From a virus, in IMG/VR virus record IMGVR_UViG_3300032893_000012, positions 1-64,000 of that record: a stretch of DNA of 64,000 nt. One strand, written 5' to 3'. The notes under the pieces were generated by a model. It saw only the letters and a program-made list of their open reading frames with translations. It had not been told where the DNA came from and made no database searches. Below, in pieces: positions 27,119-36,409 of the stretch; position 1 is the stretch's first letter; the number at the start of each line of letters is the position of its first letter. Both the position numbers and the translations under genes were made by a program.

Positions 27119-28594
27119 TCATAGAAATGTGATCGGCTGTGCCGAAACAGGCATTGCAAGCGCGAGCGAGAGCGTTCGCGTAAAGAGCCCGCTCAGGAAC
27201 GTCGGTGCTGGTACCGTCCCAGGTGGGAGTGGCGCATTCGGCGGTGGTCCAGCTGTTTCCGGTGCTACGAACTGTCCAAGCGCAGCCGAGAGCTGATCGT
27301 TCGTAGGTGGTACGGCGCTAAGGATCAAAAAGGCTGCAGTCGCCTTCTTATTGACCACGGATCCGATATTGCCTTTCGATCCGGCGTCGCTGTTGGTGCC
27401 AACATTGTTGGTTCCAGTGTTGTTGTTATCGATTCCGGTGAATGGGGCAGTAAGTTTCACGAGACTCGGTGTAACTGAATCGACGACATACGTCACTTCG
27501 ACCACGCCAAAGGCTGTGTTGTTCTGAAGCTGTTCGGCGAATTGAATAATACTCCCGGGAGAGAGTACGCCCGTCTGGTCGACTGTGGTTGGCACGTTCG
27601 TCGAACCTGTTGTGACGATGAAGTCGCCAGCGAGCTGCGGTTTGCTGTTCGACTGTTGAGCGATTGAAAAATACGACGGTGGTAGATATGCCAGATGTTG
27701 CGCAATGAGCAACTGTGCCTGGTCCGTGAGCGGACCTCTGAAATTATCTGGCGTCTTACTCGCTAGCGTTATCGACGGGAGATCCTCTGATAGTTCGACG
27801 AGCGTGATTTGGCCGACGCTGCTCCCGAAACTTCCGGCGGCAAGAATCTGCATTCCGTCGATCTGCGCGATGTCGACACTGCCAACAGCAAGAATCAACT
27901 GTACTGGACGTTTGCCGGTAAGCAACGCCGCCACGTTGAACGGGCCCCCGCCAGTTGAGTCGTGATAGGTCAGGATCACGGTATGTGCACCGGGACCTGC
28001 GGAGATAGCTGGCGACGTTGCGACGGCAGCTGTGTCCAAGGGTGACGTCGAATAGATTGCTGCCTTTGTCACCGGAGCAACAACTTCTTTGAATGCTCCC
28101 GTGTTACCCATCGTTCCTGTGTACGCAGACGAAAGAACGATCTGCGTCGAACTGAGAACTGATGCGACTGTGTAGGAGACACCGGGTTGCGAAAGAAACT
28201 GGATGGTATCGCCAGGATTGATCGACGGTAACTGCGTCGCACTCGTCGCGACTCCGAAAAGTCCTGTTGTCGGAAAGAACGATCCGGGAAGCGTAACCGT
28301 TCGACGTAGCGGATACGGAAGCACCGGCGGACTCGAGGTACGCGGATGGCATGGGAACGGAAACGGCGCAAAGGCTGTGGGACTCATATTGAGCGTCAAC
28401 GTTCGAGTCGCGACGTTCCCGAATGTAGTGGTCTGGTCAGTCGCAACGGTGAGCCCGAAGAGCTGTCCGAGCACCGGATCGGTGTGGATGTTCGTGTAGA
28501 GCGGCACGGCGGCGAGCTTCGTTGCAGCCCCGGCGGCTCCGAGAGAGGTTCCAGCGGCGTCGACGGCCCATGCGAGGATGATTTGGTCCGGCAT
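27119..28594 (-). CDS. Thr/Ser/Pro-rich, beta-rich putative virion protein with an internal duplication
   Basis: 491 aa; PGDTIQF..Q..YTVASV..IVLSSAYTG recurs as PGSIIQF..Q..YVVDSV..VKLTAPFTG. Confidence 0.7.
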   Translation of the reverse strand: MPDQIILAWAVDAAGTSLGAAGAATKLAAVPLYTNIHTDPVLGQLFGLTVATDQTTTFGNVATRTLTLNMSPTAFAPFPFPCHPRTSSPPVLPYPLRRTVTLPGSFFPTTGLFGVATSATQLPSINPGDTIQFLSQPGVSYTVASVLSSTQIVLSSAYTGTMGNTGAFKEVVAPVTKAAIYSTSPLDTAAVATSPAISAGPGAHTVILTYHDSTGGGPFNVAALLTGKRPVQLILAVGSVDIAQIDGMQILAAGSFGSSVGQITLVELSEDLPSITLASKTPDNFRGPLTDQAQLLIAQHLAYLPPSYFSIAQQSNSKPQLAGDFIVTTGSTNVPTTVDQTGVLSPGSIIQFAEQLQNNTAFGVVEVTYVVDSVTPSLVKLTAPFTGIDNNNTGTNNVGTNSDAGSKGNIGSVVNKKATAAFLILSAVPPTNDQLSAALGQFVAPETAGPPPNAPLPPGTVPAPTFLSGLFTRTLSLALAMPVSAQPITFL

Positions 28595-28805
28595 GACCTC
28601 GAGAATACCAGAGAGGGGGACGTCCCCGCTTGAAGCCGTCTACTAGCCGCGAAAATGCCGTGTGGCTGCCGATCAGTATGCCGGGGGTGTCCGTATTGTG
28701 TGGCTACGGAATGATGCGTTTTCGCGTCTTAGGGCGAGCTTTATCTGTTTTCTGGACGTCTTTGGCCATGCGTGATAAGCCTCGTTCTCACGCATACCCC
28801 CACGA

Positions 28806-29891
28806 ATGTCGGATAACCAGATAACTAAAATTGCTGCTTCCGACGCAATTGCGGCGGCGCAGAACGAGTTAGCGGCGCTCGACGAACGAGCGCAGGAAGA
28901 GGTCGACAAGGCCATCCCGGCTAACACCAGGCGTGCCTACGAGTTCGAACTGGCTTGTTTCGCCTCTTGGTGCGCTCGCCATGGTGTTCGCGCGGTGCCG
29001 GTCGAGCCGCGTGTACTTCGGGGCTACCTGCAAGAGCTAGCTGAACGCGGACGCGATCAGGCGGACGTCCCAAAAGGTAGACCGAAGGGTCCGCTCGGGT
29101 ACAGCGCCCTGATGCGCGCTCTGGCGGCAATCTGTCGTAGCCATCAACAAGCAGGTCATCTAAGCCCTTGGAAACACCCAGTTATCGAAAGCGTGCGCGA
29201 TAAGTTCGCTAGAGTTCTAGGGAAAGCACCGAAGAAACAGAAGCAGGCGATTGAGGCTGTTGGGGAAGAACTACTGTTCCGAGTTTGCGACTTGATAAGC
29301 GAAGACATTCGAGGTGTTAGGGATCGCGCAATGCTTCTCGTTGGATGGTCTGGCGGCGGGCGCCGTCGCAGCGAAATAACTGCCGCACGTGTTGAGGATT
29401 TTACCGAGATCGAGGAGGGGATTCGGTGGTCGATCCCGCGCAGTAAAGCGGATCAGGTTGGTAAGGGCCTGGTAGTACTAATGAAACCGTCAGACGATGA
29501 GCGGTACTGTCCTGTCTTGGCGTTGCGGCGCTGGCTCGAAGTCTCGGAGATTAAGAACGGTCCAGTGTTTCGTGGGGTCGACGCAGCCACCGGCAAAATC
29601 ATGGATCTTGCGCTTGCGCCCGAAGGGGTATCGCGTCGAGTGCAGTACTACGTGAAAAAACTCGGTTTGGATCCGGCTGATTTTGGAGGCCACTCGCTGC
29701 GCAGTGGCTTCGTTACAACGGCACATAGGCTAGGGGAAAGTCCGGCTGATATCGCAGTTTCCACCGGACATCATGGCGTGAATCAGGTCAACGAATACAT
29801 CCGACGAGCAGGACTTCAGGATGCGGCTGGCCCCGGGTTACTCAATAAGGCGCTTGCGCGTCGAGGCGAGAAGAAACTGGAGGAGAAATGA
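28806..29891 (+). CDS. tyrosine recombinase/integrase (Cre-like)
   Basis: ANTRRAY, RDRAMLL, RRRSEI, RSKADQ, GHSLRSG, TGH, EYIRR. Confidence 0.93.
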   Translation: MSDNQITKIAASDAIAAAQNELAALDERAQEEVDKAIPANTRRAYEFELACFASWCARHGVRAVPVEPRVLRGYLQELAERGRDQADVPKGRPKGPLGYSALMRALAAICRSHQQAGHLSPWKHPVIESVRDKFARVLGKAPKKQKQAIEAVGEELLFRVCDLISEDIRGVRDRAMLLVGWSGGGRRRSEITAARVEDFTEIEEGIRWSIPRSKADQVGKGLVVLMKPSDDERYCPVLALRRWLEVSEIKNGPVFRGVDAATGKIMDLALAPEGVSRRVQYYVKKLGLDPADFGGHSLRSGFVTTAHRLGESPADIAVSTGHHGVNQVNEYIRRAGLQDAAGPGLLNKALARRGEKKLEEK

Positions 29892-30442
29892 GCTTCAGTG
29901 AAGATGACGCTAGAGCGAAGTATTACATCGCCTCGGCACGCGCTCTGCTTAAGGCAGACGCAGAACGATCGATGATCGAAATCGAAGCTGACAGATCGTG
30001 TGTTGTGTACTTCATACAAGAGAGTGCTATCGGCGCTATCAAGATCGGAGCTACGGGCAACTTGAAAAGACGCCTCGATATGTTGCGCGTGCACTCGCCG
30101 CATGAAGTGAGCGTTTTGGCGTGTGTGCCTGGCGATGAGCGCCTGGAAAAGTATCTACACGACCGCTTTCGCAGTTCGCGTATCCGAGGGGAGTGGTATC
30201 GCGCCACACCTGAACTGTTTGTATGTATCGAAGAGTTAAAGGTACGCCGCCCACTGCTTTCCGATTCAGAGCATGCGTTTGTCGAAGAAGCCGGTAAGAC
30301 ATTTGCGCAACCGTTCGCTGAGCGACCCAGGCGGAAAAAACGAAAATGGAAAGACGTTGTTGCGAATCTCATCGAGAATTCGGCTGGGCGTGGGCTTCTG
30401 GATGAAGGGTTCTCTAGCCGTAAAGAGGAGGAACCGACGTAA
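29888..30442 (+). CDS. GIY-YIG-like (T5orf172/MUG113) domain protein
   Basis: VYFIQ...IKIGAT..LKRRL...LEKYLHDRF...RGEWY. Confidence 0.85.
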   Translation: MSFSEDDARAKYYIASARALLKADAERSMIEIEADRSCVVYFIQESAIGAIKIGATGNLKRRLDMLRVHSPHEVSVLACVPGDERLEKYLHDRFRSSRIRGEWYRATPELFVCIEELKVRRPLLSDSEHAFVEEAGKTFAQPFAERPRRKKRKWKDVVANLIENSAGRGLLDEGFSSRKEEEPT

Positions 30443-30855
30443 TGCGAAAACGCCTAATCTGCAAACGCTGCCACCGTCTCCGTCCCATCAAAGAGAGGGG
30501 CTATTGCGCCGAGTGCGGTGGTATCTTGCGCGCCGCCGAGCAACCGAAACCGGTCGCCGCGGAAGCTGCCACCGACGACGGATACGAGGAGTTCGCGCAG
30601 GGTCTGATCATGGCACACGCATTTTCTTTCAGCGCGAGTCGCATTGCGCCAGACGAAGATAGGCACGCCAAAGCGGGCCGATACTGCAAATGCGGCAACC
30701 CGTCCACATCCGAAGATGGCAGTTGTGCCGCGTGCATCGAGAAGTGGGCGCAGGAGCTCTCGACCGGGCTCGTCGAAGCCGGTGAGACGCCGGACGGCGC
30801 GTTCGAGCTCGAGGACGGAACCGTGTTCGATCTCAGCGTTACGGGTGAGTTGTGA
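30442..30855 (+). CDS. Cys-rich hypothetical protein
   Basis: CxxC pairs; GAGGAGG RBS, TAATG overlap. Confidence 0.6.
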   Translation: MRKRLICKRCHRLRPIKERGYCAECGGILRAAEQPKPVAAEAATDDGYEEFAQGLIMAHAFSFSASRIAPDEDRHAKAGRYCKCGNPSTSEDGSCAACIEKWAQELSTGLVEAGETPDGAFELEDGTVFDLSVTGEL

Positions 30856-31003
30856 TCGTGACGGGCGTAGCGCCACTGGTGGTAGACTACATCGGTGCGA
30901 TCTCCCGCCATCTGCCGACGCTGTCACCGCGTCCGAGCCGTCGACTGGGCGCGTCTCTGTGATCGGTGCGCACGGGAGCTTGACGCGCTAGGCCGGCCGC
31001 AAA

Positions 31004-31168
31004 TCAGAACCCCCATTCCCCTGCAACCCCCCGCGACGGAGGAAGCGGTGACGGAGGTTGATCCGCCGCCGTCTTCCAACCAGAGCGAACCCCGGCTCCG
31101 ATAGCGATGACCGCCGACGCAATGAGCGCGAACGGAAACCACTCAGGTAGTTCCGCTTTTTTGGCCAT
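31004..31168 (-). CDS. small membrane protein
   Basis: MAKKAELPEWFPFALIASAVIAIGAG; TAATG overlap. Confidence 0.45.
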   Translation of the reverse strand: MAKKAELPEWFPFALIASAVIAIGAGVRSGWKTAADQPPSPLPPSRGVAGEWGF

Positions 31169-33003
31169 TAGCCGGCACAGGGACGTGCGGTGATCGCCCC
31201 GTTCTCGAAGGCGAAGAGATAGACGACGCCATCCGGTCCTTGGACCATCGACGGCTGCCCTTTGGAGACGCTGAGAGCCACTCGCGCAGCCGTAGCCATC
31301 GCCGGCGGTATGTCGACGGGCGCGCCCCACACACGGCAATTGGCGGGCAGCGATGGTGTGTTTGGGGTGAACGGGACCCCCCACCACGGGGCTCGCCCGC
31401 TCGACCAACGGATCCCTGATGCTGGATGCCGTTCACCGCCAGGCGAGGCATGGAATGCGTGCGCCGGGTGCGGAAGGTGCGGGGGCGCACTGAGCGCGCC
31501 AGGGTAGGGCGGGTAGGCAGGTGTGGCGCCAAGTCCGTGAACACCGGAAGTGAGTGAAGACGGATATGGCGGGTACGGAATATCTCCTGAGGCAGTCGAG
31601 GTAATTGCGGCGGCTGGGACAGTTGCCGCCGGTGCCGATGGTACAGATGCTCTCGACGGTTCGGGCGGCTTCGGTGTTGGCTTTGGCGGCTCTGGTGCAT
31701 GAGGGGCCGGTTTTGGCGGTTCCGGAGCATGAGGTGCTGCCTTTGGCGGCTCCGGCGCATGCGGCGCGACTCTGGGCGGCTCAGGCGCGTGCGGCGCCGC
31801 CTTCGGAGGAACGACCGCGGCAGCAATCGCTGCCTTTGCTGCCATTGGCGTGCTCGCCACTGCCTGCACGACGTTGCCGAGCCATGGGAGATGTTTCTCC
31901 TGCGTCTTCAGGGCAGCATCAAAACCCTGACGTACGGCGGCAGGTAGCTGACTACGTACGGCCGTGAGCGCTTTCTCGTTCATCCCCTCGTGACCGAGTA
32001 AGCCGGCCGCCATCTGAAAACCCCTCGTTGCATCGCCAGGCGCGACGGATTTGATAGCTTCTGCGAGCCCCGGTGTCGACGAAAGCGCTTGCTGTCCGGC
32101 GGCAAGTACCGCCTGAAGCCCTTCAGGCGCGATACCGACGAGTCCTTTCGCAAGTGCGTTTTGGATCTTCTCGCCGGTTGCGACAGAAACGCCGATGTCG
32201 AACGCTTTTCTGGCGGGACCATCCGGAACAAGATTTCGAGCGCTCTCGATTGCGGCCTTGGCGACGTTCTCGCCAGAGGCGACTTTCATCGCAGCGTCGA
32301 AACCGGCAGCGGCGATAGGACCACCCGGGATCGCTCCGCGGATTGCAGCCTTCGCCGCTTCGTCGATACTTTTACCCTCGGCGAGCGCTGCGCCTGCTCC
32401 GATAGCTGCCGCGACTCCGGTACCGATACCCGGGACGAGAGACACGACGGTTTGTGCGTACGGAGCAACGTCTTTGACGATTTTGACCTGATCCTTGAGC
32501 GCTCCAACGAGTGCGTGATCGAGTCGTTCGCCAGTTGCGATGTTTTTTGCGAGATTGAGAGGTGCGACCGCTGCCTCACCAACGATATGCGCCAAATCTC
32601 CTACGACTGGGATGCTCGAGATGGCGTGACCAACATCTGAGATCGCTTTGCCGGGATCGAATCTTGTGGTGATTGTCCAGCTTCGCTTGGCGGCATCGCG
32701 TAGGTAGCGGTCGTGATCCTCTTTCCTCTTCGGAGTCGACTGCCAAAACTTGTCATCCGGGCGCGTGTTGACATCGTTGGGTTTGTCGTAACCGTTCATC
32801 TCCGCAAGTCGTGCGGTACGCGCCGCTATTGCAGCCGTGTCATTGGCTTCGGTCTCTTTTCGAAGCGCAATTCTGTTGGCGTCCACATCCTGAATCACAG
32901 CCATCGCAAAACCGGTCCAGCGCTGGCGGTCGGCGTTGGTCGCATTTTTGATGTGTATCTGAAGCCATCCGGGCCATTCGCTTCCAAGTCCTATTTCGTC
33001 CAT
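31168..33003 (-). CDS. Ala/Gly-rich helical protein with Pro-rich repeats (putative virion protein)
   Basis: 611 aa; glycine-zipper-like GIGTGVAAAIGAG; four to five APHAPEPPK-like repeats at about 31655-31805. Confidence 0.7.
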   Translation of the reverse strand: MDEIGLGSEWPGWLQIHIKNATNADRQRWTGFAMAVIQDVDANRIALRKETEANDTAAIAARTARLAEMNGYDKPNDVNTRPDDKFWQSTPKRKEDHDRYLRDAAKRSWTITTRFDPGKAISDVGHAISSIPVVGDLAHIVGEAAVAPLNLAKNIATGERLDHALVGALKDQVKIVKDVAPYAQTVVSLVPGIGTGVAAAIGAGAALAEGKSIDEAAKAAIRGAIPGGPIAAAGFDAAMKVASGENVAKAAIESARNLVPDGPARKAFDIGVSVATGEKIQNALAKGLVGIAPEGLQAVLAAGQQALSSTPGLAEAIKSVAPGDATRGFQMAAGLLGHEGMNEKALTAVRSQLPAAVRQGFDAALKTQEKHLPWLGNVVQAVASTPMAAKAAIAAAVVPPKAAPHAPEPPRVAPHAPEPPKAAPHAPEPPKPAPHAPEPPKPTPKPPEPSRASVPSAPAATVPAAAITSTASGDIPYPPYPSSLTSGVHGLGATPAYPPYPGALSAPPHLPHPAHAFHASPGGERHPASGIRWSSGRAPWWGVPFTPNTPSLPANCRVWGAPVDIPPAMATAARVALSVSKGQPSMVQGPDGVVYLFAFENGAITARPCAG

Positions 33004-33007
33004 GGCG

Positions 33008-33403
33008 TCAAGATCGTATCACCATCTTGAGAAAATGGGGATTGGTCAAACCGTTGCGAATTCGCTGGATTCGCCGCGCGGCTCGAGGTCCAGGAACACC
33101 GAGTTCTACGAGTGCCAGTCCCGCGATGACCCCGGAACGGTTACGCCCCTGCCAACAAGTTACGAGTACGCGTTGTCCGGAGCGAATTTGCCGAGCGACT
33201 TCGTACGCGGTGTCTCTGATCAGTGCTTTCTCTTCTCTGGTCGGCGGAGGGCCGTCGTCGAGCGGTACATGAATGACTTCGTATCCGGGTATCTCCGGTT
33301 GGTATTCGATTGCCGCGAGCACGATAGTATCGAATGGGATTTCGACGCTAATCGGCGGAGCACTTCCTTGCGCTAACCTTTGCGACAGATACGAATACCC
33401 CAT
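33008..33403 (-). CDS. dual-specificity protein phosphatase family protein
   Basis: HVPLDDG acid loop and VLVTCWQGRNRSG (CX5R); start MGYSYL at 33403. Confidence 0.88.
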   Translation of the reverse strand: MGYSYLSQRLAQGSAPPISVEIPFDTIVLAAIEYQPEIPGYEVIHVPLDDGPPPTREEKALIRDTAYEVARQIRSGQRVLVTCWQGRNRSGVIAGLALVELGVPGPRAARRIQRIRNGLTNPHFLKMVIRS

Positions 33404-33789
33404 CACGTTGCGGCGAGTAGGGTCACTCCGTGATGCAACCCCCATGGCTTCACCGGCCCTCCAGGCTCATGGTAGTGCTGCTCGATCCATGTAGCGTACA
33501 TTTTCCCATCCGAAGCTGTAAACGGTGCGAGTGTTCCGTACGGCATCGACGTAAATCCAGGGGTACTTCGAAGAGCGTTTGCCTGTGCACGTAGATCTGA
33601 TGTGACCTCAGAACTGGTTACTCGACGCCACCCGGGTGGTACGGCAAGCGAGACTTTTTTAGTTTCTCCGTAAGTAGTGGGTGGTACTGCTGTTGATACA
33701 ATCGGTGTTGCGCGTGATTTTCGCGCAAGAAGAAACACAGCTGTTGCTGCTGCGGCTGCTCCTCCAAATACGATCCAGTTCGATTTCAA
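33403..33789 (-). CDS. N-terminally membrane-anchored protein
   Basis: hydrophobic N-terminus then basic residues; overlaps both neighbours. Confidence 0.65.
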   Translation of the reverse strand: MKSNWIVFGGAAAAATAVFLLARKSRATPIVSTAVPPTTYGETKKVSLAVPPGWRRVTSSEVTSDLRAQANALRSTPGFTSMPYGTLAPFTASDGKMYATWIEQHYHEPGGPVKPWGLHHGVTLLAAT

Positions 33790-34346
33790 GCGAACCTTCG
33801 CACTGGTAGTGTTCGGTAGGCTACGTATCCAGCGGTCGCTGCGAGACCAAGAGCAGCGACCACCACAAGCGCATCAGATCCTTTAGTGCGCTGTGGCGCG
33901 ATCACTTGTGTTTCAGGCTGCACGTCTTGAAGTCTAGCAATCAACTTATTCAAAGATGGGTACGTGCTACCGAGATACGAATTCAAAGCGTTCTGCCACG
34001 CGGTTACGTCGCCTGAGTCTGCCGCCACAAGGCCGCCGTATCGATCCAGAGCCTTCAGCATCGAATACGCACCGGATCTCGCGTCTGAGAATGCGCGGAA
34101 TTTCAGTGGCGAGGAAACTTTTGGATTATAAAACCACGATACATCGTCGCGCGACGTGGTCACATTTCCGACGTTCCAGTTGTACATCGATTGCCACTCA
34201 GCTGTTTCGTTTGCGCTGAGCGCTAGTGGCCAAAGCCACGAGCTTTTTGCCGGAAGATCGCGAGATCTCAGCGTACGATACGCCTCGACAATAGCGCCGG
34301 CGACGTGCGGCGCATTACTCGGCGTTAGAGCGGCGGCGACCTGCAT
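33786..34346 (-). CDS. putative lysozyme-fold (GH73-like) hydrolase with C-terminal TM anchor
   Basis: SANETAEWQSMYNWNVGNV...FRAFSD; C-terminal hydrophobic helix plus basic tail. Confidence 0.55.
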   Translation of the reverse strand: MQVAAALTPSNAPHVAGAIVEAYRTLRSRDLPAKSSWLWPLALSANETAEWQSMYNWNVGNVTTSRDDVSWFYNPKVSSPLKFRAFSDARSGAYSMLKALDRYGGLVAADSGDVTAWQNALNSYLGSTYPSLNKLIARLQDVQPETQVIAPQRTKGSDALVVVAALGLAATAGYVAYRTLPVRRFA

Positions 34347-34468
34347 TAGCGCGAAGGGGTACGACGCGGTTCCGGATCTGGACCTGGCGCGACGGAAGGC
34401 GAACTCGTATCGAGTTTCGTGCTGCGTACGACTTCAAGCTTCGGTGGTTCGTATTTTTCTTTCGTCAT
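34346..34468 (-). CDS. 40-aa small protein absent from the ORF track
   Basis: MTKEKYEPPKLEVVRSTKLDTSSPSVAPGPDPEPRRTPSR*; ATGA overlap upstream and TAATG overlap downstream. Confidence 0.55.
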   Translation of the reverse strand: MTKEKYEPPKLEVVRSTKLDTSSPSVAPGPDPEPRRTPSR

Positions 34469-35904
34469 GGCAACGCGACGACCTCCGAGAGGTTACTGGT
34501 GTTCGCGAACGGAAGCGTCGCCCACGTCTTGTCGGTTCCGGCGATGCGAGCATCGACGGTGGAGCCGGTAAGGGAGGGCAAAATATCGTACTGAAATGCG
34601 GCCATCGAGTAGGTTCGAATCCCGAAGGCGTACCCGCTCGTTGGCCCCCAGAGACGCGCGTTGTTGTGCTGGTAGCTTGCACATCCTGGGTCTACCTCCC
34701 ACGCGACGCCGCCTGAGGCGGTCGCTCCTGCTTGAACCTGCGCGCCGTTCGCTTCGATGAAGCCAGCATCAGTCTGGAGCACGCGGCCGCCGTCGAGCGT
34801 GATCGCGTTCTGCATTTGCAGGGTCGCCGAACCAAAGACGTTCAGCGTCGACTGAAAGACGCAGTCGGCCATTCCCAGGGTCGAATTCAATCCAACTGTC
34901 ATGCTCGACTTGAAGATGGATTGATCAACGTGGCAGGTCGCGTTCACGAAGCCAGCGAAGCAATTCGAGTCGAAGGAACATCCGACGAACTGAACGCCGG
35001 AAACGGTCGACGGATCCGACTGAGGACGCCAATACTGGAACGAGGCGAAACCGCTCGAGGGATCGCTCGTGAAGTTCATGTCCTTCCATAGGAAGCGTCC
35101 AGCGCCTTTGACGCGGAGATCCATGCGCCCCTGAAACGTCGTCTGGAGAGTATCGACGACGTAGGAATCACCCGGGGACGGGTTTACTCCGGTCGCGATC
35201 ACATTGCCCGGCGGCGCGTTCGACGTGAAGCGCGACCACCCGGTCACCTGGGCGACGGTACCGGTCGTACCCCCCTGAGTGTAAGTGATGGCCCCGCTCG
35301 TGGCGCCGCTCGTTGTCCGGAGACGTTGCCCACGTGAGAACGAGCCCGCACCGTCTGTTGCCGTTCCACGGGTGTTCGAGCCTGAAGCAGTTGGCGTGAG
35401 CGCCGAGAAGGTCGACGCGACGCTTGAACTGACGGTCCCCTGGATCGTGACGAGGATGCCGGTTCCGATGTGCAAGTCGAGCGGTCCGAGATCGGTCAGT
35501 GTTCCTGCGGCGACAGTGACAACGACGTTCGAGGAGACGTCGTTCCAGCGCATCCGATTTCCCCATTCGACGAGTGTCTTGAGCGGCGCACCGAGCGTCA
35601 TGCCGCTGTTCCGGTCGTCGCCCGAGACAGGGTCGATGAACCATGTCGTGACGTACTGGGCGAGCTGGTTTCGAATGTATTGCCGGATAGCTAAGGCCCC
35701 TGCGGGCGCCGCCGGTGCGATGACGTTCAGCCCGTCCGCGGCGGGAGTTGGGGAAGGTGCGACGAGGTAGAGATACTGGTCGTTCACTACGCCGACGGTT
35801 ACCACCGTGAGATCGTTCATCGTCGTCAGATCCGCTGCAGCGAGTGCCTGCGGCGACGCGAACGCGGTCTGGGTGATCTGGCTCTGACGAACCTTCTCGG
35901 TCAT
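34465..35904 (-). CDS. putative spike/receptor-binding beta-helix protein
   Basis: WFIDPVSGDDRNSG..APLKT motif; paralogous to the C-terminal domain of the collagen-like protein. Confidence 0.7.
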   Translation of the reverse strand: MTEKVRQSQITQTAFASPQALAAADLTTMNDLTVVTVGVVNDQYLYLVAPSPTPAADGLNVIAPAAPAGALAIRQYIRNQLAQYVTTWFIDPVSGDDRNSGMTLGAPLKTLVEWGNRMRWNDVSSNVVVTVAAGTLTDLGPLDLHIGTGILVTIQGTVSSSVASTFSALTPTASGSNTRGTATDGAGSFSRGQRLRTTSGATSGAITYTQGGTTGTVAQVTGWSRFTSNAPPGNVIATGVNPSPGDSYVVDTLQTTFQGRMDLRVKGAGRFLWKDMNFTSDPSSGFASFQYWRPQSDPSTVSGVQFVGCSFDSNCFAGFVNATCHVDQSIFKSSMTVGLNSTLGMADCVFQSTLNVFGSATLQMQNAITLDGGRVLQTDAGFIEANGAQVQAGATASGGVAWEVDPGCASYQHNNARLWGPTSGYAFGIRTYSMAAFQYDILPSLTGSTVDARIAGTDKTWATLPFANTSNLSEVVALP

Positions 35905-35914
35905 CGCGATGTTC

Positions 35915-36406
35915 CTACGGTGACTGGTTTACAGTGAGCTGCTGAATGAAAAGTTTCGTGCCGCTCGCGAGAATGAGTCCGCTTGCGCCGATCATGTTCG
36001 CCTGTGCGAAGATGACCGTCGGAAACCCGGCTGGCGTCCCGGAGTAAGGGATCTCATTTCCGAGTCGATTCGCGTTCAGGGTCATGGTGAGGACGGAGGT
36101 GCCCGAGTGAAGATCCGTCACCGAGACGTCAGAGGTCGTCGTCGATGAGCTCGCCAGAGTGACCTGGGTCTCGCTCGGCTGTACGTTCAGAGCAAACTGA
36201 AGCTGGACGAAGTAGAATCCGTACTGGCACGCGAATGCCGGGGAGGCCCCGAAGCTCCCCCCTGGGAAAGCGACGACGCCGAACGAGTCGGAGATAAACT
36301 CGAGCGAGCTGAAGGGGATGATCAACGGAACGCCGCTCGAGAAGGCGGTGTTCGTCGCTAGACCGAGTCTTGCGAAGGGGCGACTGCCGTAGGTTCGATT
36401 GCTCAC
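35915..36406 (-). CDS. beta-rich putative virion protein
   Basis: 163 aa, operon packing. Confidence 0.6.
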   Translation of the reverse strand: MSNRTYGSRPFARLGLATNTAFSSGVPLIIPFSSLEFISDSFGVVAFPGGSFGASPAFACQYGFYFVQLQFALNVQPSETQVTLASSSTTTSDVSVTDLHSGTSVLTMTLNANRLGNEIPYSGTPAGFPTVIFAQANMIGASGLILASGTKLFIQQLTVNQSP

Positions 36407-36409
36407 AGG

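Noticed and set aside
31168-33003. Tape-measure protein call
   Set aside because: Ala/Gly-rich, but no tail tube, tail chaperone or baseplate genes are nearby.
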